Source: Clostridia bacterium (lineage in GTDB: Bacteria > Bacillota > Clostridia > Peptostreptococcales > BM714). Taken from it: a stretch of DNA of 40,862 nucleotides. The notes under the pieces are model-generated. The model saw nothing but the letters and a program-made list of their open reading frames with translations, made no database searches and was not told the DNA's origin. The position numbers were made by a program, and so were the translations under genes. The stretch's first letter is position 1, and each line of letters begins with the position of its first letter. The stretch spans positions 1 to 40,862 of the forward strand of contig DATFJE010000114.1 in assembly GCA_035269385.1 (NCBI GenBank), in the 5' to 3' direction. Positions 8,426 to 17,698 of the stretch are shown here, in pieces.

Positions 8426-9778
8426 TTACCACCCCTTTGCAGTTTCGAGTATCTCGTCGGGAATATCTCCGGCCAAAAACTCTTTCATTGATTCCTCTAT
8501 GACATCGATTGCCTTGTCTATTTCTTCACGGGAAATCACGAGAGGCGGTTGGAATCTTAAAACTCCGTCTCCCAAGAAAATTATGATTACCCCTTTTTCC
8601 CAACACCTGTAGCAAATTTTAGCTGCCGCTTCCCTGTTGCCGGCCTTGCCTGTCCTATCCTTTACGAGGTCAACTCCTATGGAAAGCCCCATGCCCCTGA
8701 CGTCGCCGATGATTTCGTATTCATCCATCATGGCTTTGAATCGAGCCTTCGCATAGTCTCCGAGTTCTTTGCTCTTTTCAACAAGCTTTTCGTCCTTTAT
8801 TATCTCAAGGGTCTCGTATGCGGCCGCGCAGGCAAGCGCGTTGCCGCTCATGGTAAACAAGTGTGCGGGAGCGTCCATCGAGTCCATTATTTCCCTTCTT
8901 CCGACTATTGCGCTAAGAGGAACACCCGACCCGATTGATTTTCCCATTATAAGCATGTCCGGAACCACATCGAAGTGTTCTATTCCGAACCACTTTCCGG
9001 TACGCCCGAAACCCTGCTGAACCTCTTCGCTCACAAAGAGTATTCCATTATCTTTGCATATTTCGTAAAGGGCCTTCATGTATCGGTTCGGCGGAACAAT
9101 GAGCCCACCGTCACCCTGTATGGGTTCGATTATTACCGCCGCGATGTCTTCCGGCGGCATGTATGTAGTCATTGCCTTCTTGAAAGCGCCGAGACATTCG
9201 AGGCCGCAGGTTGCGGATTCTTTTCCGTATCTGCACCTGTAGCAGTCGGGGTATTCTATGTGCTCTATTTCTCCCAGAAGAGGTCCGATTTTTCTTCGCA
9301 TATTAAGGCTTATTGCACTTAAGGACAGTGCTCCGTAAGTAGATCCGTGGTAGGCGCCTATGAATGAGACTATTTTTTTTCTTCCCGTATAAGCCCTTGC
9401 AAGCTTTATTGCTCCGTCATTGGCATCAGATCCGCAATTTCCATAAGCGACTTTCTTTTCATAGTCTCCCGGGGTAACACCAATAAGTGCCTCTGCGTAT
9501 TTGACGAGAGGTTCCGAATACATGTAAGCCGCAGTGTATGTTATGTATTTTTCAGCCTGTTCCTTGATTGCGTTCACTATTCTGGGATGCGCGTGCCCCG
9601 TATTGAGAGCCGAAGCGCTCGAAAGCAAGTCTATGAACTCGTTCCCGTCGAAATCTTCGAGTATGGCTCCATGACCTCTTGCGACCGCCAATGGATAATA
9701 CGGCATCCGCGCAAATTCAGGGTAAACCTCTGCATCCCTTTCGATGATTTGTTTCGTTTTTTTCAATTCAAAACCCAT
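8426..9778 (-). CDS. class-III (omega) PLP aminotransferase, GABA-T-like
   Basis: Blocks ...GNEFIDLLSSASALNTGHAHPRIV..., GNCGSDANDGAIKLAR, EPIQGDGG, DEVQQGFGRTGKWF and GKSIGSG (PLP lysine). The TAATG overlap with the upstream stop plus a GGAGGG SD place the start at 9776-9778 (MGFELKK). Confidence 0.9.
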   Translation of the reverse strand: MGFELKKTKQIIERDAEVYPEFARMPYYPLAVARGHGAILEDFDGNEFIDLLSSASALNTGHAHPRIVNAIKEQAEKYITYTAAYMYSEPLVKYAEALIGVTPGDYEKKVAYGNCGSDANDGAIKLARAYTGRKKIVSFIGAYHGSTYGALSLSAISLNMRRKIGPLLGEIEHIEYPDCYRCRYGKESATCGLECLGAFKKAMTTYMPPEDIAAVIIEPIQGDGGLIVPPNRYMKALYEICKDNGILFVSEEVQQGFGRTGKWFGIEHFDVVPDMLIMGKSIGSGVPLSAIVGRREIMDSMDAPAHLFTMSGNALACAAAYETLEIIKDEKLVEKSKELGDYAKARFKAMMDEYEIIGDVRGMGLSIGVDLVKDRTGKAGNREAAAKICYRCWEKGVIIIFLGDGVLRFQPPLVISREEIDKAIDVIEESMKEFLAGDIPDEILETAKGW

Positions 9779-10881
9779 TAATTTCCCTCCGTCCAATTCT
9801 TCACGACCAATCTCAACCTCTCCAATAGAAGATCCGCGTCCTTGCCTATCCTGAACCTTACGCTATTTTTGCCGAGACCACCGAAGTTTTCGCCGGAAAC
9901 CGAAAGCACCTGCACCTTTAACAATTCCCTGTAAAGGTCGACTTCTTTATCCCTATGCGTAAGCGTCATTATTGGAACCGTCGGACTCGTCTCAAGACTT
10001 CCCAGATTGTCCATTGCTCCAATGATTCTTTTCTTTGCCTTAGCAATTTTTTTTCTGCTTTCGTCAAGAAAACCTTCGTCCTTCAAGGCTTCAATCGCCA
10101 AAATCGTTCCAATGCCCGTTACGCAAAACGGAATTGATATTTTTCTGTAGACGTCCATGAGCCCAATCGACCCCATTGCATAACCTATTCTCATTCCCGC
10201 CATTCCGAAGCCCTTTGAAAAAGACTTCAATACCATTATGTTGCTTAGGTCATCAAGAAGATTTACCGCCGAATTGGCTTTTTCCATGAAATCTCCATAA
10301 GCTTCGTCAACCACAACACAAACACCCATGCTTGCGGCTTTCTTGGCAATTTCCGATATGACTTCCAAGGGAATTATCTGTCCGGTAGGATTATTGGGAT
10401 TGTCAATATAACAGAATGCATGCCTCTCTTCAATTCCATCCATGAAACGGACACCATCGAACTTGCCGTTTTCTTCAGACATGTCCACCGTTTCATATAT
10501 TCCTCCCATGCCTTCTACATCCATGCCGAAGTCCGGAAATTGAGGGCTGTGCCCCAGCACTGCAGTACCTTTGTCGATAAACATCTTGTTTATTTTGGTG
10601 ATGGCATCCATGGATCCACAGGCCAATTCTATCCTTCTCTCACAAAGCAAGGCATTTTCGCTCCAATAGCCGATTATTGCATTTTTCAGTTTAGTATCTC
10701 CATGGGGATAATTGTTTACAATGTCCGCCCCAAATTTCCCCATTGAATCGCCCACGCCCTCAGGAAAGCCGAATGGATTTATTCCCAGGGAACAGTCAAT
10801 CCAACCCGGTCCGAATTCTTCGGGTACATTCGCATAACTGTCATGCTTTATTTCGCTCAAATGCTTTCTTGTCTTGTACAT
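9778..10881 (-). CDS. class-I/II PLP aminotransferase (HisC/histidinol-phosphate aminotransferase-like)
   Basis: DEAYGDF, SFSKGFGMAGMRIGY (PLP lysine block) and a size of about 367 aa. GGGGGGTG SD before the ATG at 10879-10881. Confidence 0.85.
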   Translation of the reverse strand: MYKTRKHLSEIKHDSYANVPEEFGPGWIDCSLGINPFGFPEGVGDSMGKFGADIVNNYPHGDTKLKNAIIGYWSENALLCERRIELACGSMDAITKINKMFIDKGTAVLGHSPQFPDFGMDVEGMGGIYETVDMSEENGKFDGVRFMDGIEERHAFCYIDNPNNPTGQIIPLEVISEIAKKAASMGVCVVVDEAYGDFMEKANSAVNLLDDLSNIMVLKSFSKGFGMAGMRIGYAMGSIGLMDVYRKISIPFCVTGIGTILAIEALKDEGFLDESRKKIAKAKKRIIGAMDNLGSLETSPTVPIMTLTHRDKEVDLYRELLKVQVLSVSGENFGGLGKNSVRFRIGKDADLLLERLRLVVKNWTEGN

Positions 10882-10911
10882 CACACACCCCCCATTTTTT
10901 TAATTTATAAT

Positions 10912-10928
10912 ATGCAAATACTATGCCA
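10912..10928 (-). promoter_or_regulatory. sigma-54 (-24/-12) promoter of the aminotransferase operon
   Basis: The minus strand reads TGGCAT-AGTAT-TTGCAT, against the consensus TGGCAC-N5-TTGCW. It lies about 30 nt upstream of the first start codon and divergent from a sigma-54 activator gene. Confidence 0.75.
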
Positions 10929-11201
10929 CTTCATCGACAAACAACTGCCTTTTCTTCAAAACCGTTGAAAACAGCAGATTCCCGCATTCAAAAAACACAC
11001 TGTCATCTCGCAAAAGATGCGTATCAACTTTGCCCACAAACATTTTATGTTACATTTTGGAACACGGCATTCGACATTTTTCGCGTTTTCTAAATATTCG
11101 CAAATCCCGACGCGCACAAAAACCTGCCCAAAGGTCCATATTGCAACATCATTAATTAATAATGAAGATTTTAAGTTTCTATTTACATTCCGTGTTGCAT
11201 A

Positions 11202-11217
11202 ATGTAACATGTTACAT
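11202..11217. promoter_or_regulatory. perfect 16-bp palindrome, candidate operator/UAS
   Basis: ATGTAACATGTTACAT is its own reverse complement. The half-site ATGTAACAT recurs (as ATGTTACAT) at 11047-11055. The palindrome overlaps a possible TTTACA-17-TAACAT promoter of the regulator gene. Confidence 0.4.
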
Positions 11218-11252
11218 AAATGCAAGACACTATTTGTAAAGGAGTCCAAGCA

Positions 11253-13007
11253 ATGTCCAAACTTTTATGCGAAACACTTAAAAACCTTACCCACAAATCG
11301 CAACAAATCAAAAAAAATAACTACTTGGATGATTTTTTCACCGGTCATATTTTCCCTTCGGTAGCAGCGGTATATCCTTTATCGAACAGAGCTTTGATTC
11401 TCATCGACAAGGATGACAGAATACTTTCCACTGTTTCACACGATTCGGATTTGGAGGAATTGGATTTAACGAACAGGTTTTTTTCATTTTCTGAATCAAA
11501 CTCAAAAATGCACAAACTGATGATAAGATACGACAAGGCAACCCTCTATCTGCTTAAGAACATTCCAACCGCTCTGAACTCTTATGGGTATTCGCTTCTT
11601 TTGATATCCGAAAGCGATATCCCCGAAGCCTTTTCAGATCTTTCCAGAATGTCAGAAAGTCTTGAAAACATTGCTGTGGAAAACGAAAAACAAAACAAGT
11701 CCCACAAGGAATTATTAAATTATCTTGATGCCGTCGATGACGGCATTTCCGCCTGCGACAAAGACGGGAATGTCACTTACATAAATTCCAGCGCTTGCAA
11801 ACTGATTGGGGCTGACAAAGAAAAGGTCATTGGCGAAAACCTCAACAATCCTCCTTTCAAAGACACCATACTTGTGCAAATAATTAAATCCCAAAAACCG
11901 CAAATGGACTTCGAATATGACCTGTATTACAGCGGAAAGCGTTCACATCTTATGAACTCTGCTTATCCTGTATTTGACGATGATGGAAAAATAATCGGCG
12001 CCATTGATATTTTCCGGAGGATAAAGCGATCTTACCAAATAGCCAGCAATATGGCCGGCCACAGGGCCTCTTACGAATTCAATGATTTCATAGGAAGCGG
12101 TCCAAAGCTCCAAAACAAGATAAACCTTGCCAAGGAATTTTCAAACATAAACAAGAATACCCTGATTGAAGGTGAAAGCGGAACCGGAAAGGATCTTTTT
12201 TCGCAGTCTATTCATAATTTCAGCGACAGAAAAGCAGGTCCTTTCGTAGCAATAAACTGCGCAAACTACCCTATAGATCTTTTCGACAGCGAATTGTTCG
12301 GATATGAAGAAGGCGCTTTCACCGGAGCTAAGAAAGGCGGCAAATCGGGAAAGTTCGAATTGGCTGAGGGAGGGACCCTTTTCCTTGATGAAATAGGCGA
12401 AATGCCTATGCAGCTTCAGGCAAAACTCTTAAGAGCTATCGAAACAAAGCAGATTACACGTTTGGGAAGCAACAAGACAATAACAATAGATGTAAGGATA
12501 ATCGCCGCGACCAACAAGGATTTGGAAAAAATGGTAGAAAGGAAGCAGTTCCGGGAGGACTTGTACTACAGGCTGAAAATACTGTATCTTAAACTGCCTC
12601 CGTTGAGAGAAAGACGTGAAGACCTATATGAGCTTTGCGAACATTTCATAGAGCAAATCAATCCCGAAATGGAGATCCCTGTAACCGGAATTTCAAATGA
12701 AGCGCTCGATTTGATTCGCTCATACGATTGGCCCGGAAACATACGCCAGTTGGAAAACATTCTTTCCATAGCAATGTTCATGTCCGGAGGCGGAATTCTC
12801 GAAATAAGCCACTTGACGCAGGCAGGCCTCGAATGTCAGGATGGAGATCCTTACTTCAAAAAAAACCTTGAGGATTCAAGCTTGGATATACTGCTTGCCG
12901 CCCTCAATGACAATGGCTACAATATAAAGCAGACTGCCGAGGACTTGGGAATATCAAGAAATACAATCTACCGCAAGATGAAAAAATATGGAATCGAAAG
13001 AAAATAA
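11253..13007 (+). CDS. sigma-54-dependent transcriptional activator (N-terminal sensor + PAS + AAA+ + Fis-type HTH)
   Basis: Walker A GESGTGKD, the sigma-54 contact loop GAFTGA ([12 protein letters not shown]), DEIGEM, RIIAATN and the C-terminal [28 protein letters not shown]-like block around [25 protein letters not shown] 8 nt before the ATG at 11253; the track start at 11220 lacks an SD. Confidence 0.9.
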   Translation: MSKLLCETLKNLTHKSQQIKKNNYLDDFFTGHIFPSVAAVYPLSNRALILIDKDDRILSTVSHDSDLEELDLTNRFFSFSESNSKMHKLMIRYDKATLYLLKNIPTALNSYGYSLLLISESDIPEAFSDLSRMSESLENIAVENEKQNKSHKELLNYLDAVDDGISACDKDGNVTYINSSACKLIGADKEKVIGENLNNPPFKDTILVQIIKSQKPQMDFEYDLYYSGKRSHLMNSAYPVFDDDGKIIGAIDIFRRIKRSYQIASNMAGHRASYEFNDFIGSGPKLQNKINLAKEFSNINKNTLIEGESGTGKDLFSQSIHNFSDRKAGPFVAINCANYPIDLFDSELFGYEEGAFTGAKKGGKSGKFELAEGGTLFLDEIGEMPMQLQAKLLRAIETKQITRLGSNKTITIDVRIIAATNKDLEKMVERKQFREDLYYRLKILYLKLPPLRERREDLYELCEHFIEQINPEMEIPVTGISNEALDLIRSYDWPGNIRQLENILSIAMFMSGGGILEISHLTQAGLECQDGDPYFKKNLEDSSLDILLAALNDNGYNIKQTAEDLGISRNTIYRKMKKYGIERK

Positions 13008-13011
13008 AATA

Positions 13012-13045
13012 AAGCCTTCCCGAAAAACGGGAAGGCTTTTGTTTG
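13012..13045 (+). terminator. Rho-independent terminator (possibly shared with the convergent XRE gene)
   Basis: AAGCCTTCCCG-AAAAA-CGGGAAGGCTT followed by TTGTTT, starting 5 nt after the stop. Confidence 0.75.
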
Positions 13046-13084
13046 GCACAAAGACTCAATTCCACTGACTCATTTGCTTTTTAA

Positions 13085-13636
13085 TCAATATAATGAAGGA
13101 GAAAAACATGAAATTGCAGTTGTAACTTTTTTCATGGGATTGTAGATTCTGTGGCTTACATTTTCTTGTATGTAAATGCTGTCTCCCTCTTCGAGAACAT
13201 ATTTGTCTTCCCCGAGATAAACATAAAAACAACCTTCTAAAACAAAAATGCATTCATCCGCCTTATGGGACAGATATTCTTCATTGCTCCAGCTTTCCGG
13301 TTCCATATGAATATAAATTATTTCCATCTTGGGTCTTATTACTTTGTTTGACGCCATGGGTGTAACAAATTCATATACCATTGTACTGTTGGGCAAAGCC
13401 AGTTTCTTGCGTTTGTCGGCCTTTATCAAGAAATGGTCTGCATTTTCCTCTGAAAGAAAACTGTAAATCGGCGTGTCGAGAGCAAGAGCTATTTTTCTAA
13501 GTGAAGAAAGTGAAGGTTCAATAATGCTTCGTTCAATCTGCGAAATATAACTTGCAGTAAAATTTACCTGTTTCGCCAATTCACTTAGAGTCATGCCTTT
13601 TTCCTGTCTGAGCTTTCTTATTTTTGCACCTATCAT
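13085..13636 (-). CDS. XRE-family HTH regulator with C-terminal cupin domain
   Basis: IGAKIRKLRQEKGMTLSELAKQVNFTASYISQIERS is a classic HTH_3. The C-terminal cupin is ...IFVLEGCFYVYLGEDKYVLEEGDSIYI. GGAGGG SD before the ATG at 13634-13636. Confidence 0.85.
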   Translation of the reverse strand: MIGAKIRKLRQEKGMTLSELAKQVNFTASYISQIERSIIEPSLSSLRKIALALDTPIYSFLSEENADHFLIKADKRKKLALPNSTMVYEFVTPMASNKVIRPKMEIIYIHMEPESWSNEEYLSHKADECIFVLEGCFYVYLGEDKYVLEEGDSIYIQENVSHRIYNPMKKVTTAISCFSPSLY

Positions 13637-13779
13637 ATATTCCCTCCAATTCATTTTTATTGCCAGACTGCTTTATTGGCTAAATAAATAGTTCATGAAT
13701 ACGATATATTTTCATTATTATTTTAGCACAAAATTATTGATTTCTCCACATGTTTCCTGAATACACAGTCAATATCCCT

Positions 13780-14742
13780 TTATATGTCTTTGAATGAAAG
13801 AACTCCATGAATGGATTCAGCTTCTTTTATTGCCCTTTGCACGGCTTGCGCAACCGCATCCGCGGCCAATATGCCTACGGCATTTATATCGGCATGGACT
13901 TCACCCGTCGACATTGCAAATATAGAGTCTCCATCCAGCTGTGTGTGTGACGGTCTGATTGTCCTCGCAAAACCGTTGTGTGCCATTTGGGCTATTTTTT
14001 TGCATTTCGCCTTGTCAAAACTTCCATTTGTAATTACAACCCCTATTGAAGTGTTTCCGTTGAATTCTATTTTCTCATTTTTTGCCGTTTCCAGCACAAT
14101 CTTTTCCGCATCCAGTATTCTCTTCCCGTCATCCGTCAGAACCCCTGCCAAGTATTCGTTTTTTTTCGGGTCAAGAACATTTCCGAATGCATTGACCGCG
14201 ACTACTGCACCTACCAGCAAACCATTGCTTTCATAGCAAAAACTTCCCAAGCCGCCTTTCATTGCATATTCCATGCCTTTTGCCTTTCCAACGGTGGCAC
14301 CGGTTCCCGCTCCGTGGTTCCCTTCCTCGAAACTTCCTCTCTCCGACGCAATGGATGCTTTATAGCCGGCTTCATTTCCAGGTCTTATTTTATGGTCTCC
14401 AAAAGCCAAATCAAACAACACAGCACCCGTGACAATGGGAACCCTTGTCACTCCAGCATCGAATCCAATGCCTCTTTCCTCAAGATAACGCATTATGCCT
14501 CCGCCGGCATCCAAACCGAATGCGCTTCCTCCCGATATGAAAACGGCATGAACTCTGTCAACCAAATTTACAGGGTCAAGCAAATCCGTTTCCCTTGTTC
14601 CCGGAGCTCCGCCCCTTATGTCGACTCCTGCGCTGGCTCCCTTGTCGGCAATGATCACAGTACAGCCTGTTGCCGCATTTTCGTCTTCCCAATTGCCTAT
14701 TCGAACACCCGGAATATTTCTGACGTCTGAAACATTAAGCAT
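13780..14742 (-). CDS. P1-family (DmpA/BapA-type, S58) aminopeptidase
   Basis: NIPGVRIGNWED..ATGCTVII...AGVDIRGGAPGTRETDLLDP is the family signature. GGAGG SD 6 nt before the ATG at 14740-14742. The track's 38-codon N-terminal extension has no SD and no family counterpart. Confidence 0.85.
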   Translation of the reverse strand: MLNVSDVRNIPGVRIGNWEDENAATGCTVIIADKGASAGVDIRGGAPGTRETDLLDPVNLVDRVHAVFISGGSAFGLDAGGGIMRYLEERGIGFDAGVTRVPIVTGAVLFDLAFGDHKIRPGNEAGYKASIASERGSFEEGNHGAGTGATVGKAKGMEYAMKGGLGSFCYESNGLLVGAVVAVNAFGNVLDPKKNEYLAGVLTDDGKRILDAEKIVLETAKNEKIEFNGNTSIGVVITNGSFDKAKCKKIAQMAHNGFARTIRPSHTQLDGDSIFAMSTGEVHADINAVGILAADAVAQAVQRAIKEAESIHGVLSFKDI

Positions 14743-14970
14743 ATCGCACCTCCACAAATTTCCCTCAACGGATTCCGCCATTTTTCTCAAAAATGTCAAA
14801 ATGCCCCCCAAGGGGCAACGGATCGAATCATCTTTTTTGTAAAAAGCATTTGACAATCATTTCTTATTCCTATAGATCCCCTCTGATGATTTATTCTACC
14901 ATAAAACCAGTTTCAGAATAAGCAGAGTACAAAATCAATATTCACAGACAACTTAAAATCCCTACAAAAT

Positions 14971-15012
14971 AAAAAGAACCGAAAGAGGCAAGTCTCTTGT
15001 CGGTTCTTTTTT
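14971..15012. terminator. bidirectional Rho-independent terminator after the amino-acid ABC operon
   Basis: AAAAAGAACCGA...TCGGTTCTTTTTT with an internal AAGAG/CTCTT extension. A/T runs lie on both sides. Confidence 0.7.
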
Positions 15013-15031
15013 CAAAACTATTTTTTTATTA

Positions 15032-15793
15032 TCAAGAAATTATTTTTTCTAGAAACGTCTTTATCCTTGGATGTTCAGGATTCACAAATATCTTGTCCGG
15101 CGGACCTGTTTCGACAATTTTGCCGTCTTCCATGAATAGTATGCGGTCGGAAATTTCCCGGGCAAAATTCATTTCGTGGGTAACTATCATCATTGTCATC
15201 CGTTCCTCGGCAAGAGCCTTTATGACTCCCAGCACTTCTCCGATAAGTTCGGGGTCGAGAGCGGAAGTAGGTTCGTCAAACAGCATTATGTCTGGATCCA
15301 TCGCCAAAGCCCTTGCTATCGCGACACGTTGTTTCTGCCCTCCCGAAATCTGGGAAGGATAGCTGTTCTCTTTATCCGTCAGACCGACCTTTTTCAATAT
15401 GGCTTTCGCCTTTTGGGCAGCTTCCGTTTGGCTTCTATTCTTGACAATTGTTTGTGCAACCATGACATTCTCAAGAACAGTCATATGCGGAAACAGATTG
15501 AATCCCTGAAAAACCATTCCCATTTTAGCCAAACCTTCTCGGACAGTGTTTTTGTCGATTGGTTCATCGTCGACCCTGTCTTTCCTGCATGCGATTCTTA
15601 GACCCTCTATTTCAACTATTCCATCATCAATCGATTCCAATTGTATGACAGACCTTAAGAGAGTGCTCTTGCCTGCTCCGGAAGGGCCTATGATGGAAAT
15701 TATTTCTCCCTGGTCTACTCCCAAGTTGATTCCGTCCAATACTTTCAAAGGTCCGAAATTCTTTGAAACGTCTATTATTTCAATCATTTTCAT
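15032..15793 (-). CDS. polar amino-acid ABC transporter, ATP-binding protein
   Basis: Walker A GPSGAGKST, signature LSGGQKQRVAIARAL and Walker B MLFDEPTSALD. GlnQ/HisP-like length and tail. Confidence 0.93.
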   Translation of the reverse strand: MKMIEIIDVSKNFGPLKVLDGINLGVDQGEIISIIGPSGAGKSTLLRSVIQLESIDDGIVEIEGLRIACRKDRVDDEPIDKNTVREGLAKMGMVFQGFNLFPHMTVLENVMVAQTIVKNRSQTEAAQKAKAILKKVGLTDKENSYPSQISGGQKQRVAIARALAMDPDIMLFDEPTSALDPELIGEVLGVIKALAEERMTMMIVTHEMNFAREISDRILFMEDGKIVETGPPDKIFVNPEHPRIKTFLEKIIS

Positions 15794-15801
15794 GAATCCA
15801 C

Positions 15802-16446
15802 CTACTCATAGTACGAATATTTTTCTTCCATACGGTTAAATGTCAAAACAATCACCGAGGTCAAAACAAGATAAATGGCAGCCGCTATGAAGAACGGGGT
15901 TATTATGAATTCTCTGGTAACGATTTCCTTTGCGTTCCTCAATATTTCCGCCAAGGCTATTACCGCTACCAGCGCAGTGTCTTTGACGAGAGTGATGGCT
16001 TCATTGCCCAACGGCGGAAGTATCCTCTTGACGGTCTGGGGTATTATTATTTTACGCATTGTCTGGCTGTAATTCATGCCCAGAACCTTTGCCGCCTCAT
16101 ACTGTCCCTTGTCTATGGACTGTATTCCCGCCCTGAAAATCTCCGTGAGATAAGCTCCATAGTTTAGTATGAAAGTCAAAGCGGCAGGAGCAAAAGGCCC
16201 GCTCCACCTGATTCCCAATACGGGCAACCCGTAGTAAGTGAAAAACAATTGGAGCAGGAGAGGCGTCCCCCTGAACACCCATGTGTACAAGCTTACCGCC
16301 TTGCTCAAAATCTTGTTTTTTGATATTTTTCCCAAGGCGCACATGAGTCCGAGAGGCATTGAGAAAACGGCCGTAATGGCGTATAGTCCCAATGTGACAC
16401 CGCTGCCTTTCAATATATACAAAGTTATGCTAAAAAGCTTTTCCAA
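15802..16446 (-). CDS. polar amino-acid ABC transporter permease (His/Glu/Gln/Arg/opine family)
   Basis: 214 aa. FRGTPLLLQLFFTYYG and the EAA-like loop QYEAAKVLGMNYSQTMRKIIIPQ. Confidence 0.9.
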   Translation of the reverse strand: MEKLFSITLYILKGSGVTLGLYAITAVFSMPLGLMCALGKISKNKILSKAVSLYTWVFRGTPLLLQLFFTYYGLPVLGIRWSGPFAPAALTFILNYGAYLTEIFRAGIQSIDKGQYEAAKVLGMNYSQTMRKIIIPQTVKRILPPLGNEAITLVKDTALVAVIALAEILRNAKEIVTREFIITPFFIAAAIYLVLTSVIVLTFNRMEEKYSYYE

Positions 16447-16458
16447 ATTCTCCAGCTC

Positions 16459-17274
16459 CTATTTCAATACAATAGCTTCTCCAAACCATTCCTCGGAAAT
16501 TGCGTCGGCTGTTCCATCGGCTTTCATTTCATCCATAATTCTGTCAAGCTCTTCGCCGAAGTCAGTGTCTTCCTTGCGATAGCCGACTCCGTATTCCTCG
16601 TCTGTGAAATAATCATCCAAAACCTTATACGTGTCAGGCTTCTTGGCGATATAATATCTTCCTACAATTTCATCCACCACTACTGCGTCTGTTCCTTCGT
16701 TTGCCAAGTCAAGCAAGGCCTCGACATTGTTTGAATACTTTCTTACTTCTTCGACCTTTTCGGCAACTTCAGGCTCGCTGTTCAATGCTATGTCGGAGCT
16801 GCTTCCCAATTGAACGCCGACAACCTTGTCCTCCAGGTCCGCTTTTGTTGCTATGTCCGAATCGACCCTCGCAACAATTATTTGCCTGTTGTTGAGATAC
16901 GGTTTTGTAAAGCCCATTGTTTCCCTGCGTTCATCGGTTATTGTCAATCCGTTCCATATGACATCGATGTCTCCGTTTTTCAGGCTGAGAGCAATGCCAT
17001 CCCAATCGACAGGTTTTACAACAAGCTCAACACCCATTCTTTCTGCAACTTCTTTTGCCAAATCGATGTCAAAACCGACTATTTCGCCTTTGTCGTCTCT
17101 GAATCCCATTGGCGGAAAACTGTCGTCCAGTCCAAGAACAAATTCGCCTTTATCGATAATCGCTTCCAAAGAATTTGGCTCATCTGCAACTTCGGGCTCC
17201 TCCTGCTGCGCACATCCTGAAAACACAGCCATGACCATGGCCAAAACCATCAACAATACTAGAATTTTTTTCAA
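16459..17274 (-). CDS. amino-acid ABC transporter substrate-binding lipoprotein
   Basis: Lipobox VFSGC after a hydrophobic signal. Family-3 SBP blocks GLDDSFPPMGF...GFDIDLAKEVA. TTG start with a GGGGAG SD. Confidence 0.9.
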   Translation of the reverse strand: MKKILVLLMVLAMVMAVFSGCAQQEEPEVADEPNSLEAIIDKGEFVLGLDDSFPPMGFRDDKGEIVGFDIDLAKEVAERMGVELVVKPVDWDGIALSLKNGDIDVIWNGLTITDERRETMGFTKPYLNNRQIIVARVDSDIATKADLEDKVVGVQLGSSSDIALNSEPEVAEKVEEVRKYSNNVEALLDLANEGTDAVVVDEIVGRYYIAKKPDTYKVLDDYFTDEEYGVGYRKEDTDFGEELDRIMDEMKADGTADAISEEWFGEAIVLK

Positions 17275-17322
17275 TTCAATCTCCCCTTCTCTTTTTATTA
17301 TTTCAATTTACAACACAGATGT

Positions 17323-17351
17323 ATTATACTTTAGCGGACTAAATTTGTAAA
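17323..17351 (-). promoter_or_regulatory. sigma-70-type promoter of the amino-acid ABC operon
   Basis: The minus strand reads TTTACA-17 nt-TATAAT, about 45 nt upstream of the start codon. Confidence 0.6.
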
Positions 17352-17368
17352 GCATTAATGTGAAAATG

Positions 17369-17396
17369 AAAAAAAGAAAGACCTTTCGGTCTTCCT
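17369..17396 (-). terminator. Rho-independent terminator ending the gnd-zwf operon
   Basis: The minus strand reads GAAGACC-GAAA-GGTCTTTC followed by a T run, immediately after the stop at 17396. Confidence 0.6.
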
Positions 17397-17683
17397 CAGT
17401 CTTTTGCCGTCATCTTGTTTATGGCTACATAGTCAATCATGCCGACAACCAGAAATGCTATGCCCATGTATATGACGCCTATTATCTTTTGACGCCATCC
17501 TGTTGCATATAGAGCCCATCCTATGGCCGAAAGAATCATTATGCGTCCATGAATGCTCATTGCCTTTGTCAATATCTTGGGAAATTCAATCTTTTTACCT
17601 GCCATGTTTTTCCCGTATCCCAAGCTGATTATGAGCGAGATCAGCATTGGAGCAACAAGTATGGCAAAATCCTTACTCGTCAT
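17396..17683 (-). CDS. small membrane protein, unknown function
   Basis: 95 aa with three hydrophobic helices. AAAGGGA SD. Lies 15 nt downstream of the cupin gene and is followed by the terminator. Confidence 0.45.
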   Translation of the reverse strand: MTSKDFAILVAPMLISLIISLGYGKNMAGKKIEFPKILTKAMSIHGRIMILSAIGWALYATGWRQKIIGVIYMGIAFLVVGMIDYVAINKMTAKD

Positions 17684-17698
17684 AATTCACGTCCCTTT

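Noticed and set aside
10956-11249. 97-aa minus-strand ORF filling the large divergent intergenic region
   Set aside because: It has no SD and a Cys/Asn/Phe-rich, non-protein-like sequence. It spans the sigma-54 upstream region and the palindromes. The region is better explained as regulatory DNA.
13044-13059. Second possible sigma-54 -24 element (TGGCAC) after the activator gene
   Set aside because: The position expected for the -12 element reads CTCAA rather than TTGCW, and no gene lies downstream in that orientation. The sequence belongs to the terminator flank.
13780-14856. Longest-ORF starts given by the track for several genes (for example 14856, 37693, 1714, 11220, 7138, 22810, 23885)
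   Set aside because: The N-terminal extensions lack SD sequences and family counterparts. Internal starts with GGAGG-type SDs or ATGA/TAATG coupling to the upstream stop fit better. Coordinates were trimmed accordingly, but they remain predictions.
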